DNA of 64,000 bases from an uncultured Acidimicrobiia bacterium (lineage in GTDB: Bacteria; Actinomycetota; Acidimicrobiia; Acidimicrobiales; AC-14). The notes below the pieces were generated by a model, which saw nothing but the letters and a program-made list of their open reading frames with translations, was not told the DNA's origin and did not search any database. Below are positions 10,791 through 21,117 of the stretch, one piece after another. The translations under genes were made by a program, and so were the position numbers. Every line of letters starts with the position of its first letter. The stretch's first letter is position 1. The stretch covers positions 96,001-160,000 of the forward strand of contig CAWIIV010000014.1 in the NCBI GenBank assembly GCA_963836205.1, written 5' to 3'.

Positions 10791-12245
10791 GTGAACACAA
10801 TGGACCCGATCCTGTACTGGAACGATGTGGCCCTTGAGGCCAACAAGGTGAGTCACACCAACGGCAAGCGGGAGCAGACCGGCCCCGTCCTGAGCGCACG
10901 CGCCCTGGCCATCGTGCATCTGGCCATGCACGATGCCTTCGCGGGTGTGTCGGCGGACCCAACTCTCCCTCCTTACCTCACCCCCCTGCCCGCGCTGCTC
11001 CCCGGCGCCTCGCTCGACGCCGCTGTCGCCGCGGCTGCCCATGGCACCCTGTCGAGCCTTTTCCCCAGCCAGAAGCCGTTCTTCGACGCCAAGCACGCCG
11101 CTGCCGGCCTCGCCGGTCCCGGGCTCAACGAGGGCAACGCTTTCGGCGTGCTGGTGGCCGCCGCCATCCTGAAGGACCGGAAGGACGACCCTGGCGTCAG
11201 CGACGACGGGTACGCCGTCTCCATGGGCCACACCTCGCACCGCCCCGACCCCGACGGCCCCGACCAGGGCATCCACGGCCCGTTCTACGGCGCCCGCAGC
11301 AAGGGCTTCGCCATCACCGCCCGCCACGAGCTGGCGCCCCCGCCCGACCCGGCGACCAACGAGTTCCGGACAGCTCTCCGCCAGGTGCGCTCCCGGGGTG
11401 CGGCACCCGAGCTACTGGGGGCGTCGGGCCCGGACAACGCCCGCCGCACCGGTGACGAGACCGTGATCGGGCTCTACTGGGCATACGACGGGGCGGTTGG
11501 GATCGGCACTCCGCCGCGGCTCTTCAACCAGATCATCCGAGAGCTTGCCCTCAAGCGGGCAGTGCCCAACACGCCAGCGCAGAACGCCCGGCTGTTCGCC
11601 CTCGTCAACGTGGCCATGGCCGATGCCGGCATCCTGGCATGGGACCAGAAGTACATCCACGACCTGTGCCGGCCGGTGGTCGCCATCCGCGAGCTGGACG
11701 CCTCGATGGGGCCCGCAGGTGTGGGCGGGAACAACCTCAACAACGACACCGACGTCAGCTGGCTGCCCTTCGGCGCGCCGAACACCAACGTGACGGGTGG
11801 CAAGAACAACACGCCGCCGTTCCCCGCCTACCCATCCGGACACGCCACCTTCGGCGCCGCCGCCCTCCACATGACCCGGCTGTTCTACGACCCGAAGTTG
11901 GTGGGTGACCGCAGCCCCGACAAGCTCTTCAAGGGCCTCACCTTTGTGTCCGAAGAGCTGAACGGGATCAACAAGGACAACAAGGGGACGGTGCGACCCC
12001 GCCACGTCCGCAACTTCCCGGGTGGTCTGTGGCAGATGATCGAGGAGAACGGCCGCAGCCGCGTGTACCTGGGCGTGCACTGGGTGTTCGACGCCTTCGT
12101 GGTGGACAGCGCCGACGACCCCGACGTGGGCCGGATCGACCCCGTCACCGGCCTGCCCTTCGGCGGCGTCCCCCTCGGCCTGACGATCGCCGAGGACATC
12201 TTCGCCACCCAGATGAAGAAGTCCACGGTCGGGCCCCGAGTGTGA
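10791..12245 (+). CDS. Vanadium-dependent haloperoxidase (chloroperoxidase-like, PAP2 superfamily)
   Basis: KYIHDLCRP, PPFPAYPSGHATFG and SRVYLGVHWVFD vanadate-binding motifs; AGGAG RBS. Confidence 0.9.
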   Translation: MNTMDPILYWNDVALEANKVSHTNGKREQTGPVLSARALAIVHLAMHDAFAGVSADPTLPPYLTPLPALLPGASLDAAVAAAAHGTLSSLFPSQKPFFDAKHAAAGLAGPGLNEGNAFGVLVAAAILKDRKDDPGVSDDGYAVSMGHTSHRPDPDGPDQGIHGPFYGARSKGFAITARHELAPPPDPATNEFRTALRQVRSRGAAPELLGASGPDNARRTGDETVIGLYWAYDGAVGIGTPPRLFNQIIRELALKRAVPNTPAQNARLFALVNVAMADAGILAWDQKYIHDLCRPVVAIRELDASMGPAGVGGNNLNNDTDVSWLPFGAPNTNVTGGKNNTPPFPAYPSGHATFGAAALHMTRLFYDPKLVGDRSPDKLFKGLTFVSEELNGINKDNKGTVRPRHVRNFPGGLWQMIEENGRSRVYLGVHWVFDAFVVDSADDPDVGRIDPVTGLPFGGVPLGLTIAEDIFATQMKKSTVGPRV

Positions 12246-12545
12246 GGGTCGGCAGTTGGTGTGAGGTCGGTTTCGGGCCGACATAGGGGCCCGACTCGCC
12301 GAGCAACCGGGCGCCGAGGATCATCCCCAGTGCTGGAGCGGGATCGGATGATCTCGGCGGCCCGGAGCCGCTCGAAAAGGGCAGGAGGGTGGGACTCTGG
12401 TTGAGTTTCGGCGTGGTCTCGCGCCAGCCAGGGCAGAATTGACGGTTCGACGCCTGCCATGGACGCTCATTGATCGATCTCCCCGTTGCTCAGCGAACAG
12501 CGCCTCGACGGCAGCTGTGGTTGTATGTGAGAGGCGGCGAAAGAA

Positions 12546-13133
12546 GTGATGCCCATGTCCCTGACACCCACCGGCAGGAAAGCGTGGTTGTGGCCAGTAC
12601 TGGCCGTCGCCGTCGGCTTGGTCGTTCTGGTCCTTTTCTGGTTCCAGCCTCAGAAGCTGTTCATCGATGAGAGCGTCGACGACCAGATCCCCACGGTCGT
12701 CGCCGACACGGCGGTGCCGCCAGGCGACGACCCCGGAGGTTCCGATCCGGCTGTGCCAGGCGCGGCGGGCACGCCGACGGCGCCCGCGGAGCCGGTCGAG
12801 TTGGCCCGGGGCGACTTCATCTCGATCGACCATGGCACGTCCGGCGTCGTCCGCGTCCTCGAGCTGGCCGACGGGACGCGCATCGTCCGCCTCGAGGACC
12901 TCGACACCGACAATGGCCCCGACCTCTTCCTCTACCTCTCCCCCAACCCAAGCTCTGGCCCGGAGGGCGCCTTCGACGACGGCTTCGTGAACCTGGGCCG
13001 GCTTCAGGGAAACAAGGGCAACCAGAACTACGACCTCGCGGCCGACATCGACCTGTCGGCGTTCGAATCGGTGGTGGTCTGGTGCGAACGGTTTAGCTCC
13101 GCCTTCGGGGCGGCCGATCTCAAGCTGGCCTGA
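12546..13133 (+). CDS. DM13 domain protein, N-terminally anchored
   Basis: N-terminal TM; HGTSG...DNGPDLFLYLS...LGRLQGNKGNQNY...VVVWCERFSSAFGAA. Confidence 0.88.
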   Translation: MMPMSLTPTGRKAWLWPVLAVAVGLVVLVLFWFQPQKLFIDESVDDQIPTVVADTAVPPGDDPGGSDPAVPGAAGTPTAPAEPVELARGDFISIDHGTSGVVRVLELADGTRIVRLEDLDTDNGPDLFLYLSPNPSSGPEGAFDDGFVNLGRLQGNKGNQNYDLAADIDLSAFESVVVWCERFSSAFGAADLKLA

Positions 13134-13240
13134 CGGAGGCTCACGAAGGGCCGTCGACCGACGAGCGGCCCAAGACGAATCCTCACACAACCGCATCCGA
13201 TGCTGTTCACCTACGGTCGTCAAGCAGCCTGTACGCGACC

Positions 13241-13315
13241 CGTGCCGGCGACCAGCTGGTGGTCAGCAAGTTGGATCGGCCTGGCCGGTCGCGGGAGCGC
13301 CTGATCACCCTCTCG
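13241..13315 (+). mobile_element. Serine resolvase gene fragment
   Basis: Translates to RAGDQLVVSKLDRPGRS, matching the resolvase GDxLVVxKLDRLGRS motif. Confidence 0.6.
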
Positions 13316-13323
13316 AGAGACAC

Positions 13324-13392
13324 CGCCACCTCAACGACCTCGCCGCCGGCCACGTCGGCGCCGGCCGATCATCTCGGTCGACACCAAGAAGT
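13324..13392 (+). mobile_element. ISAzo13-family transposase fragment
   Basis: RHLNDLA...IISVDTKK resembles the ISAzo13 PVISVDTKKKE motif. Confidence 0.55.
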
Positions 13393-13544
13393 CAGCATGA
13401 TCGGGTCGGTCACGCGGCAGGCATGAAATGCTGGCGCCGCCCCGCCGGGCGCGGTCGTCGTCCCCTTTTTGGTGCCGTCGAGCCCGAACAAGTCTGGCGC
13501 TGGGACCGCCGGGACCCGGGATTGTCGCCTTGAGCACGAACCCG

Positions 13545-13696
13545 GGGCATCTGCTCAGCACCGGCGTTTTGTCTACCAGGACCTCGGGAGTGATTGGTTC
13601 GAGTGTCGACGCGACCCTGAGCGGGAGACCAAGCGCCTCGTCCGCCAGCTTGAGGCTCTCGGCCACTCCGTCAACCTCGCCACGCCGGTCGGGTAA
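13545..13696 (+). mobile_element. IS110-family transposase C-terminal remnant
   Basis: YQDLGSDWF...DPERETKRLVRQLEALGHSV is the typical actinobacterial IS110 tail. Confidence 0.7.
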
Positions 13697-13752
13697 CCGC
13701 TCGTACCGCCGACGGGCATTGCCGACGCCCCGGTCGCCGGCGCGCCGGCGAG

Positions 13753-14220
13753 CTACCCCAGCAGATTTCGAGCGGCGACTATCGCCCGCCCGATCAGAGC
13801 GGAAACGATCATGACCTCGCCAAAGAGGAGCATCCAGCGATCGCGATACGAGACGCCAAGGCGGTTACCTCGCCAGCCTGTGAACAAGCAGTAACCGCCC
13901 AGGAACAGCACGCCCAAAGTTGCCAGGACGCCCGCGCTATCGACGCTCGTTACTGTCGCCGCGACAAGGAGCATTCCAAGAAATACGTTGAGGCCAACGA
14001 AGGCATACTCCCACCCAGACGGCCCAACCCCTAGGCGGGTAGTCAGATCTGGCGCGTCGGAAGGACGGGACCGACGGGGCCAAAAGCGTTGAGGATCAAG
14101 GATCAGCCGACCGCTGTCTTTCCCAACTGTCACGCGCACATGAGGCCTCGGCCCGACGCGGGTCTGCGCCAACGAGCAAGACTGCCGTGCTGCCGCCCGG
14201 GCCTCGGTTGGACCCATCAG
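13753..14220 (-). CDS. Hypothetical 3-TM membrane protein (start uncertain)
   Basis: Hydrophobic C-terminal half; GC content lower than its neighbours. Confidence 0.4.
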   Translation of the reverse strand: MMGPTEARAAARQSCSLAQTRVGPRPHVRVTVGKDSGRLILDPQRFWPRRSRPSDAPDLTTRLGVGPSGWEYAFVGLNVFLGMLLVAATVTSVDSAGVLATLGVLFLGGYCLFTGWRGNRLGVSYRDRWMLLFGEVMIVSALIGRAIVAARNLLG

Positions 14221-14330
14221 ACCAGAACGCTCGGGCGACCTGGGTCTCGTCACGATGGGGCCAGGGTCGGGCACGTCGGGGAAACACTTGCCGTCCGTGA
14301 ACCCGGCCTCGGCACCATCCCGACCTTGTC

Positions 14331-14373
14331 CTGGGTCAGAAAAGGGGCGCCAGGCACCCCTTTTCGTGCCCAG
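14331..14373. repeat. Imperfect palindrome (REP-like or terminator-like)
   Basis: ctggg..gaaaaggggcgcc a ggcaccccttttc..cccag inverted repeat. Confidence 0.6.
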
Positions 14374-14398
14374 AAGCGTCGGGTCAGCACTCGGCGGA

Positions 14399-14543
14399 GT
14401 GGTCGCCGTCAGCGTCGTCGCTGCGCCTGCACGCCCTCTACACACCGCGCGCGACACTCCCGTGCTGCGGAACTCCCCAGATGCGTCACGTCACTCGCTC
14501 CCCAACGACTGGTGGTCGCCGTCGGCGTCGTCGCTGCGCCTGC
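14399..14543. repeat. Two copies of a 32-bp direct repeat (14399-14430, 14512-14543)
   Basis: gtggtcgccgtc(a/g)gcgtcgtcgctgcgcctgc, one mismatch. Confidence 0.8.
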
Positions 14544-14739
14544 GGTCGGGCTCCGACCCTCCCGCCGGCGGATCAACGCCTGCCCGAAGTGACCGCCCCG
14601 GTCGACGCTTCGGTGAACACTGGGACAGGTTCTCGCCGACGTCGCCGCGGGGCACGGGGCTGCGGAACGGGCTCGTCCCCCTGCCACCGGCCTTGCATCC
14701 AACGAGCGCGGCGACCAACTCGCCGTCGCCGCGCATGCA

Positions 14740-14851
14740 GGGGCCCGACGTCGTTGTCGATCATGAAGGGATAGGCCAGCACCGCCGCCAGCTGGGCGGC
14801 GAGCAGGAGCGCGGACGGTTCGCGCTTGGCGAGGGCCAGCACGCCCGGCAA
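14740..14851 (-). pseudogene. N-terminal fragment of a putative ion-channel (K+ channel-like) protein
   Basis: REPSALLLAAQLAAVLAYPFM resembles the start of actinobacterial Ion_trans_2 proteins; similarity stops abruptly. Confidence 0.4.
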
Positions 14852-14955
14852 CGTAGCTTCCGCACCGGTCGTCGTGGCGCGCGACAGCGGCGAGGAACCG
14901 TCCGTCGGCGGGGATGTGGATGGAATGGCTTGCGGATGACCGCCGTGGTCTGCCG

Positions 14956-15359
14956 CTCAGCGCTTCCTGCCGGCGGAGGACGGGCTTGAGGTCGAGGACG
15001 GGTGTGCCGTCGACGGCCTCCAGGTTCCGGACCTGCACCCGGGTGCCGTCGACGGCGAGGATTTCGACCTGATGGAGGCCGATGGGGTTGGGCCGGTCGG
15101 CGGACCGGGTGCTGAACACGCCCGTCAGCGGGTTGGACGGGTCGTCACGGGGCCGAACAACCAGCACCGAACGGTCGGCCCGGTCGAGCCACGTGAGCAC
15201 GATCACCTCCGACCCCACCCGTAGATCGCGTAGGCCCTCCGCCACCGACGGGTGGAAGACGAGCCAGGCGTCGGGCGCTCCCTCGAAACCTTGCTTGGGA
15301 GCGTCGGCCGGGTCGACCAGGGGAGACTCGACCCGACCGATCGGCCGCAGTTCGATCAG
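14956..15359 (-). CDS. tsaA: tRNA (N6-threonylcarbamoyladenosine37) methyltransferase TrmO/TsaA; nearby stop is out of frame
   Basis: LRPIGRVES, GVFSTRSADRPNPIGL, EAVDGTPVLDLKP. Confidence 0.88.
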
Positions 15360-16456
15360 AGGATGAGGGGCTTCTCGAGGGGGTTGCCGCTGTCGGCGAC
15401 CCAGACGTCGAGGACCGTGAACTGCTCCGGGTTGGTCACGCCGGTCACGAAGGCGTGGTTGGTGATCAGCATCCTGCCCGTACCGTCGAAGGCGATGTTG
15501 GCCGGGGAGTCGTAGGGGAAGACGGGGTTGCCCTGGTTGGCCAGGCGCACCACCTCCGTCCCGTTGGGCGCGAGGATCGACACCCCCGAGGCGAACGGCG
15601 TGGCGATGGCCACGTACAGCCGGCCCGCCTGTCCGAAGGCGATGCCGTCGGGGGCGTCGCCGTTGGTGTACTCGTGGAACACCGTCAGGGCGGCCGCCGC
15701 CGGCTTGGCCACCAGAGGCAGCGTGTAGACGAAGGCCCGGTTGGTGAGGTCGGCGGTGACCGTGAAATAGACCTTGGTGCGACCGGGGTCGAGGCGGATG
15801 CCGTTGGTTCCGAAGGACGCGGAGGCCAGGCGGACGTCCTGGAACCAGATCTGGGGCACGCCACCGCCGGGCGGGACCCGCCAGATGGTCGCCTGGAGAG
15901 AGTCGGTCACGTAGAGGTTGCCGGCGGCGTCGAAGGCGAGGTCGTTGGGCAGGGCGGGGGCGTCGAACGGCGTCGGCGAGCACGGCGTGCCGGCCGGCAC
16001 CGTGGAGCACGGCTTCAGGTCGGGGAACGGCGTGGAGTACTGCTGCTGCTGGCCGGCGACCGAGAGCCGGTAGACGCCCAACTGGGTGTTGAGGACGTAG
16101 GCCCGCGCCGACCGGTCGAGGGCGAGGGACGAGTTGGCGTGCTCCTGGGCCAGGTTCTCGCCCTTGGTGTCGAAGGTCCTCAGCAAGGTGCCGGTGAGGG
16201 CGCTGTAGAGCAGCACCTTCGAGGGCCCCTGCCCGGCGGTGCCGAAGGTGGCCGGCCCCGAGACCCACACCAGGTTGTTGGAGACGGCGATGCCCTCCGG
16301 GAACCCGGGCGGGGTCGGCACCTGGGCCAGCACCTTGGCGTCACCGAACGGCCGGGGGGCGGCGTCGACCGGGCCGACTGCGGCGACGGATGCCGCCAGC
16401 ACCAGGGCCAGCAGCCCGCCCAGCCTCGTCACCATCGGTCTCCGGAACCTCGCCAT
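15356..16456 (-). CDS. Secreted SMP-30/gluconolactonase-like beta-propeller protein
   Basis: Signal peptide; repeated PEGIA, PNDLAFD, PDGIAF and PANIAFD blades; GGAGG RBS. Confidence 0.8.
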   Translation of the reverse strand: MARFRRPMVTRLGGLLALVLAASVAAVGPVDAAPRPFGDAKVLAQVPTPPGFPEGIAVSNNLVWVSGPATFGTAGQGPSKVLLYSALTGTLLRTFDTKGENLAQEHANSSLALDRSARAYVLNTQLGVYRLSVAGQQQQYSTPFPDLKPCSTVPAGTPCSPTPFDAPALPNDLAFDAAGNLYVTDSLQATIWRVPPGGGVPQIWFQDVRLASASFGTNGIRLDPGRTKVYFTVTADLTNRAFVYTLPLVAKPAAAALTVFHEYTNGDAPDGIAFGQAGRLYVAIATPFASGVSILAPNGTEVVRLANQGNPVFPYDSPANIAFDGTGRMLITNHAFVTGVTNPEQFTVLDVWVADSGNPLEKPLIL

Positions 16457-16565
16457 CTCGCTCCTCCCGCTCGACCCGATCCGCCGAATCGCACGGACCG
16501 GTGCCATCGTCCCATAAGGGCGGCACCCGACGGAAGGGCGGGGCTGGGCGTCGCGGCGCCCCCGG

Positions 16566-17750
16566 TCAGGCGGGAACCGCGCTCCCGAGCTGCTCGACGG
16601 CGCCCTTGGCACCAGCGGGCGAGGGTGCGGGCGGCGGTGCGGGCGGCGCCGGGTCCGGGACCGGGTCGGGGACGAGCGCGGGGCCGGCGCCGGGGGCGTC
16701 CTCCTCGCCGGGCATGGCCAGCGAGGACGCCCGGGCGAGCATGTCCTGGGCGAATCGCTCGCTGAATCCGGCCAGGAAGGAGAAGGCGAGGAAGAGATAG
16801 GTGGAGTCGGGGGCCTCTTCCGGCACGTCCACCGGCACGAGCCCGGACAGGATCACCACGTAGACGACCAGCGCCATCACCGCGCCGATCACCGGCCGGG
16901 CCGCGCCGGTCAGGCGCAGGAGGCTGCGCGAGGCATGCCCGTCGAGGGCGAGCTTCCCGCTGCTGATCCGAGACATCACGCTGATGATGGCGCCCGCACC
17001 ACCCGCGACCACGACGAACGGCGGCAGCAGGGCCGCGCTGCCCTCCCCGCCGTGCACCATTCCGACACCCACTGCCAGCGGGAACAGGCCGAAGAGCCCG
17101 AAGAGCATGCCCAGGAGGTACTCCTTCTGCGCCATCGACTGGGTCGCCCGGCGCAGGTGATTGGCGATCCGGTCGAGCTCCTTGCCTGCCGTGACCAGGG
17201 ACTTCTCGATCCGCTTTGCCGACTCCGGCCCGGACAGGCCGACGGCGAGGATCGCCCGCCGGTCCAGCGAGTCGAGGATGCCCAGGAGGTAGACGAACAC
17301 CGACTGGACCATCGCGGCCAGGATGCTCGCCCGACGCCCGGTGAGCAGCTGGTGGCCCTCACGGGACAGCGCGTTCGCCCGCCAGAGGGCGTCCTCCAGC
17401 CCGGGGTGGAGGGCGGCCACGTCGGCCGGGTAGCGCACCCGGATCTCGTGCCTATCGGTGAGGATGGAGCCCGCACCCTCGACGTTCTTGCAGACGTAGA
17501 AGTCGAGGATCACACCGTTGTACTCCTCGTAGCGGGCCCTCAGGTCGGCGTACTCGAGGAGCTCCGCGGCCTTCGCGCCCGGCCGCCGCCTCTGCCGTTC
17601 CGCCTGGAGGAGCTGGTCGAACGACGGCGGCCACCTGGGATCGTCGATCTCGGTGAGCCGCGCCCCGTCTGTCGCCGGCGGCCGCAGGGGCACGACGTCG
17701 TTGTCGCGCTCACTGCTGCCCTGCTGGCTGGTTTTCGCCTGATGGAACAT
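16566..17750 (-). CDS. Hypothetical membrane protein (soluble N-domain plus 4 TM)
   Basis: GGAGAIISVMSRI, RPVIGAVMA and FLAGFSERFA C-terminal TM bundle. Confidence 0.7.
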   Translation of the reverse strand: MFHQAKTSQQGSSERDNDVVPLRPPATDGARLTEIDDPRWPPSFDQLLQAERQRRRPGAKAAELLEYADLRARYEEYNGVILDFYVCKNVEGAGSILTDRHEIRVRYPADVAALHPGLEDALWRANALSREGHQLLTGRRASILAAMVQSVFVYLLGILDSLDRRAILAVGLSGPESAKRIEKSLVTAGKELDRIANHLRRATQSMAQKEYLLGMLFGLFGLFPLAVGVGMVHGGEGSAALLPPFVVVAGGAGAIISVMSRISSGKLALDGHASRSLLRLTGAARPVIGAVMALVVYVVILSGLVPVDVPEEAPDSTYLFLAFSFLAGFSERFAQDMLARASSLAMPGEEDAPGAGPALVPDPVPDPAPPAPPPAPSPAGAKGAVEQLGSAVPA

Positions 17751-17843
17751 CTCCGCCCCCCGCCGTTGGTCGGTGCTGGATCCGACACAGTGTTGATCCG
17801 CTCCGGGGCCGTGAGATACCTGGAGTTGTGGAAAACGGGTCGG

Positions 17844-18068
17844 TCAGCGGCGGCGTCGGGGACGGGTGAGGTTCTCGTCCTCCAGGAGGCGCTCGGCCTG
17901 GCTGCGGACGAGGGCCTCGACGTGCTCGGGAGAGGCGCTGCGGCTACGGGCGGTGTGGAGGATGATCGACCGGGGCGAAAGGACTCGTTGCTCGAACCAG
18001 GTGACACCGGCCAGGAGGGCCACCAGCACGACCAGCGACGTCACAACCAGCAGGACGGCGGAGGGCAT
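17844..18068 (-). CDS. Small membrane-anchored hypothetical protein
   Basis: N-terminal TM followed by a charged tail; 74 aa. Confidence 0.55.
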   Translation of the reverse strand: MPSAVLLVVTSLVVLVALLAGVTWFEQRVLSPRSIILHTARSRSASPEHVEALVRSQAERLLEDENLTRPRRRR

Positions 18069-18082
18069 GCCCGAAGTCTGCC

Positions 18083-19826
18083 CTACCGGACGGCTGTGAA
18101 ACCGGGATGCCAGCGCCTGGCTGTCGCCGCTGGGCCGCGATCTGGTCGGCCGTCACCCAGATCCCGTGGAACCCGTACGGCACCCGTCGGGGCAGGAGCA
18201 GGCGGGCGACGGGGCCGGAGGCCACCTGCCGGGCGTCGAGCACCACCAGCTCCGAGCGATCGGCGCCCTCGTCGTGCACGAAGGTCAACAGCCAGCCGTC
18301 GTCCTCCCCGGTCCCGCCCGGCCGAGGGGCGAACACGGGCTCGCCGCCGAACCGACGGGCCCCGTAGGCGAAGGTCGTCTCCTCCCCGGTGGCGAGGTCG
18401 TACTTGACGATCCCGTCGAAGCAGGGCCGTTCGAGGTCGCCCTCGGCGTCGACGAACCCCGGCACCTCCGGGATCGTCGCCGCGTACACGTAGCGCACGG
18501 CACGGCCCGCCCGACGGTTGTCGATCGTCGGCAGCTCGATGGGGCGGTGGCCGAGGGACTCCTCCTCCACCCGTCCCGAGCCCAGGTCGAACCGCCACCG
18601 GTGGAGGTATGCGACGTCGTCGGCGCCCGGGCTGGCCGCGCCCGCCCCAGGGACGAAGAAGGCGGTCGACGCCATCCTGCAGCCGAGAAGGGTGAGCACG
18701 CCGCCCTCCTCCCACGCGTTGGCCACGTGGTACACCACGCACCTCGGGATCTCGAACCACCGCACCGACGCGTTGTCGCCGCGCCGGGGCAGGATGCCGA
18801 CCCGGCTGGTGCCCTCGGGGTCGAACTTCAACGCCGGCTCGCCCGCCAGCAGCCGTCCCAGGCTGAAGGCCACCGGCATGTCGAGCAGGACTGTGTGGCG
18901 GGCGGTGATGGCGAAGTCGTGGATCAGCACGCCGCGCGGCAGGTCGATGGCCTCGGAGTGCACCAACTCCCCCGCGGCCGACACCACGCCGTAGGTGAGG
19001 TACGGACGGGCCACGGGGGAGTAGCCGAAGAACAGCATCTCGCCGGTTTCGGGGTCGACCTTGGGGTGGGCGCAGAAGGCGGACCGAAGCCGGTCGTCGA
19101 ATGTTTGCAGCCCCACCGTCGCCAGCTCGGGAAGGCGGATGGCGTGGGGCGCCCCTCCCTCCCACAGGGCCAGCATCCGCCGGTCGTGCCACACCAGGGC
19201 GGTGTTGGCCGTGTTCTTGAGCAGGAGGCCGTGGGGGAGGTCGAAGCGGGGCAATTCGAGAACGCCCGGCCAGAGGGCCTTGCCCTCGGCCCGCTCGGCC
19301 AGCAGGCCCCTGGTGAGCACGTAGCGGTCGCGGTACACGATCTGGTCGTCTCCGAGCTCGACCCCGTGCAACATCCCGTCGCCGTCGAGCCAGTGGTGGC
19401 GGCCGACCGGAGGGGAATCCGTTCGTCCAGCGCCAGCAGGTGGGCGAAGGCGTCCTCCGACACCCGGAGCACCTCGACCTCGGTGTGGGCGACGACGGTG
19501 GCCGAATGGGGCGCGCCCGTCAGCATGCTCCGCTCGCCGACGACCGCCCCCGGCTCGACCACGAAGCGGCGGATCTCGCCGGTGGTGGCGGACGAGGCGG
19601 CGCCGACGACGTGTCCCCGGACGAGCACGAAGGCGTTGGCGGCCCGGTCGCCCTGCTCGAAGAGCACCGTCCCCTCGGGCAGGCGCTCCCGGGAGAGGTA
19701 GCGGGCCAGCTCGCGGATCTGCCCATCGGCCAGCAGGCGGCCGCCGTCACGATCGCGCACGAGCGTGGTGACGAGGTCACTGCGGGCCAGGTCGTCGAAG
19801 CTCCGGTCGGACGAGGCACCCGCCAT
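18083..19826 (-). pseudogene. cNMP-binding domain joined out of frame to a carotenoid-oxygenase (RPE65/CCO) domain
   Basis: cNMP: LFEQGD...VGERSMLTGAPHSATVVA. CCO: HWLDGDGM plus four iron His (AHPK, IHDF, YHVAN, FHGIW). Frame changes near 19415; C-terminal stop ambiguous. Confidence 0.75.
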
Positions 19827-19925
19827 GAGGGGGAGAAGATAGTCGCCGGGGACTGGGGTCGACCTGGCCTCGGGTCGACGGGTCTCGGCCCGGTAGGCGC
19901 ACGGAAGGCCGTAGCCTCGGCCGCA

Positions 19926-21030
19926 GTGAGCCAGTCGCGACACAACACCGGCGATCCCGATCTCGACCGCCTCCTGGTCGAGGTCCTCGACGCGGTCGGC
20001 GCCACCGCCGACCGAGATCAGCTCATGGACATCCTCGTCACCGTGGCCGGGCTGGCCGGCGACGAGGCCCAGCGCCTCAACCTCAAGATCACCAACGCCG
20101 CCCTCCGCGAGATGCGGGAGGCGTTCAGCCTCTTCACGCCCTTCACCGACGTCCCCAAGGTGACGATCTTCGGCTCCGCCCGCACCCTCCCCGACGACCC
20201 CCTCTACGTCCAGACCTGCGACCTGGCCGCGGACTTGGCCGACGCCGGTTGGATGGTGGTCACCGGGGCCGGTCCCGGGATCATGGCCGCGGGGGCCGAG
20301 GGGGCGGGGCCGGAGCGCTCCATCGGCGTCAACATCCGCCTCCCGTTCGAGTCGCCCAACGCGCTCGATCGCCGACCCCAACATGGTGTCGATGAAGTAC
20401 TTCTTCACCCGCAAGCTCATGCTGATGAAGGAATCCGCCGGCTTCGCCGTCCTCCCCGGGGGCTTCGGCACCCTCGACGAGGCCTTCGAGCTGCTCACCC
20501 TCCTCCAGACGGGCAAGGCCGCCCCCGCCCCCATCGTCCTGCTGGAGGTGCCGGGTGGCACCTACTGGCGGGCGTGGGAACGGTTCATCCGGGAGGAGGT
20601 GCTGGCCCGGGGCCTGATCTCGGAGGACGACCTCGCCCTCTACCGGATCACCGACGACGCCGCCGTCGCCCGCGACGAGATCCTCGGCTTCTTCCGCAAC
20701 TACCACTCGATCCGCTTCGTCGGCCAGCGGCTGGTGATCCGCCTGCGAGCGGCGCCGACCGCCGACGAGGTGGAGGCCCTCGGCCGGGACTTCGCCGACA
20801 TCGTCACCAAGGGCCACATCGAGGCCACCGGACCGTTGCCGGCGGAGGTGGCCGACGACGACCATCCCGAGCTGCCCCGGCTCGTCCTGCGCTACGACCG
20901 GGCCCGCCAGGGTCGCCTGCGATCGCTCATCGACGCCCTCAACCGGCTGCCATCGGCGCCGCCCCTGGCCCCGCCCGACGCCGACGCCACCGTGGCCGCC
21001 GGCACCACCCTGGGCACCGACACCGACTGA
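19926..21030 (+). CDS. LOG-family (TIGR00730) protein, frameshift near 20367
   Basis: IFGSAR, VTGAGPGIM, KYFFTRK, PGGFGTLDE. Confidence 0.88.
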
Positions 21031-21117
21031 CCGCTCAGGCGAGCGCGCCGAGTCGCGCCGGGAACCGGGCCTCCCGGGCCCGGATCGCGGCGCGACCGGC
21101 TCCTGCGAGCGTGCCTG

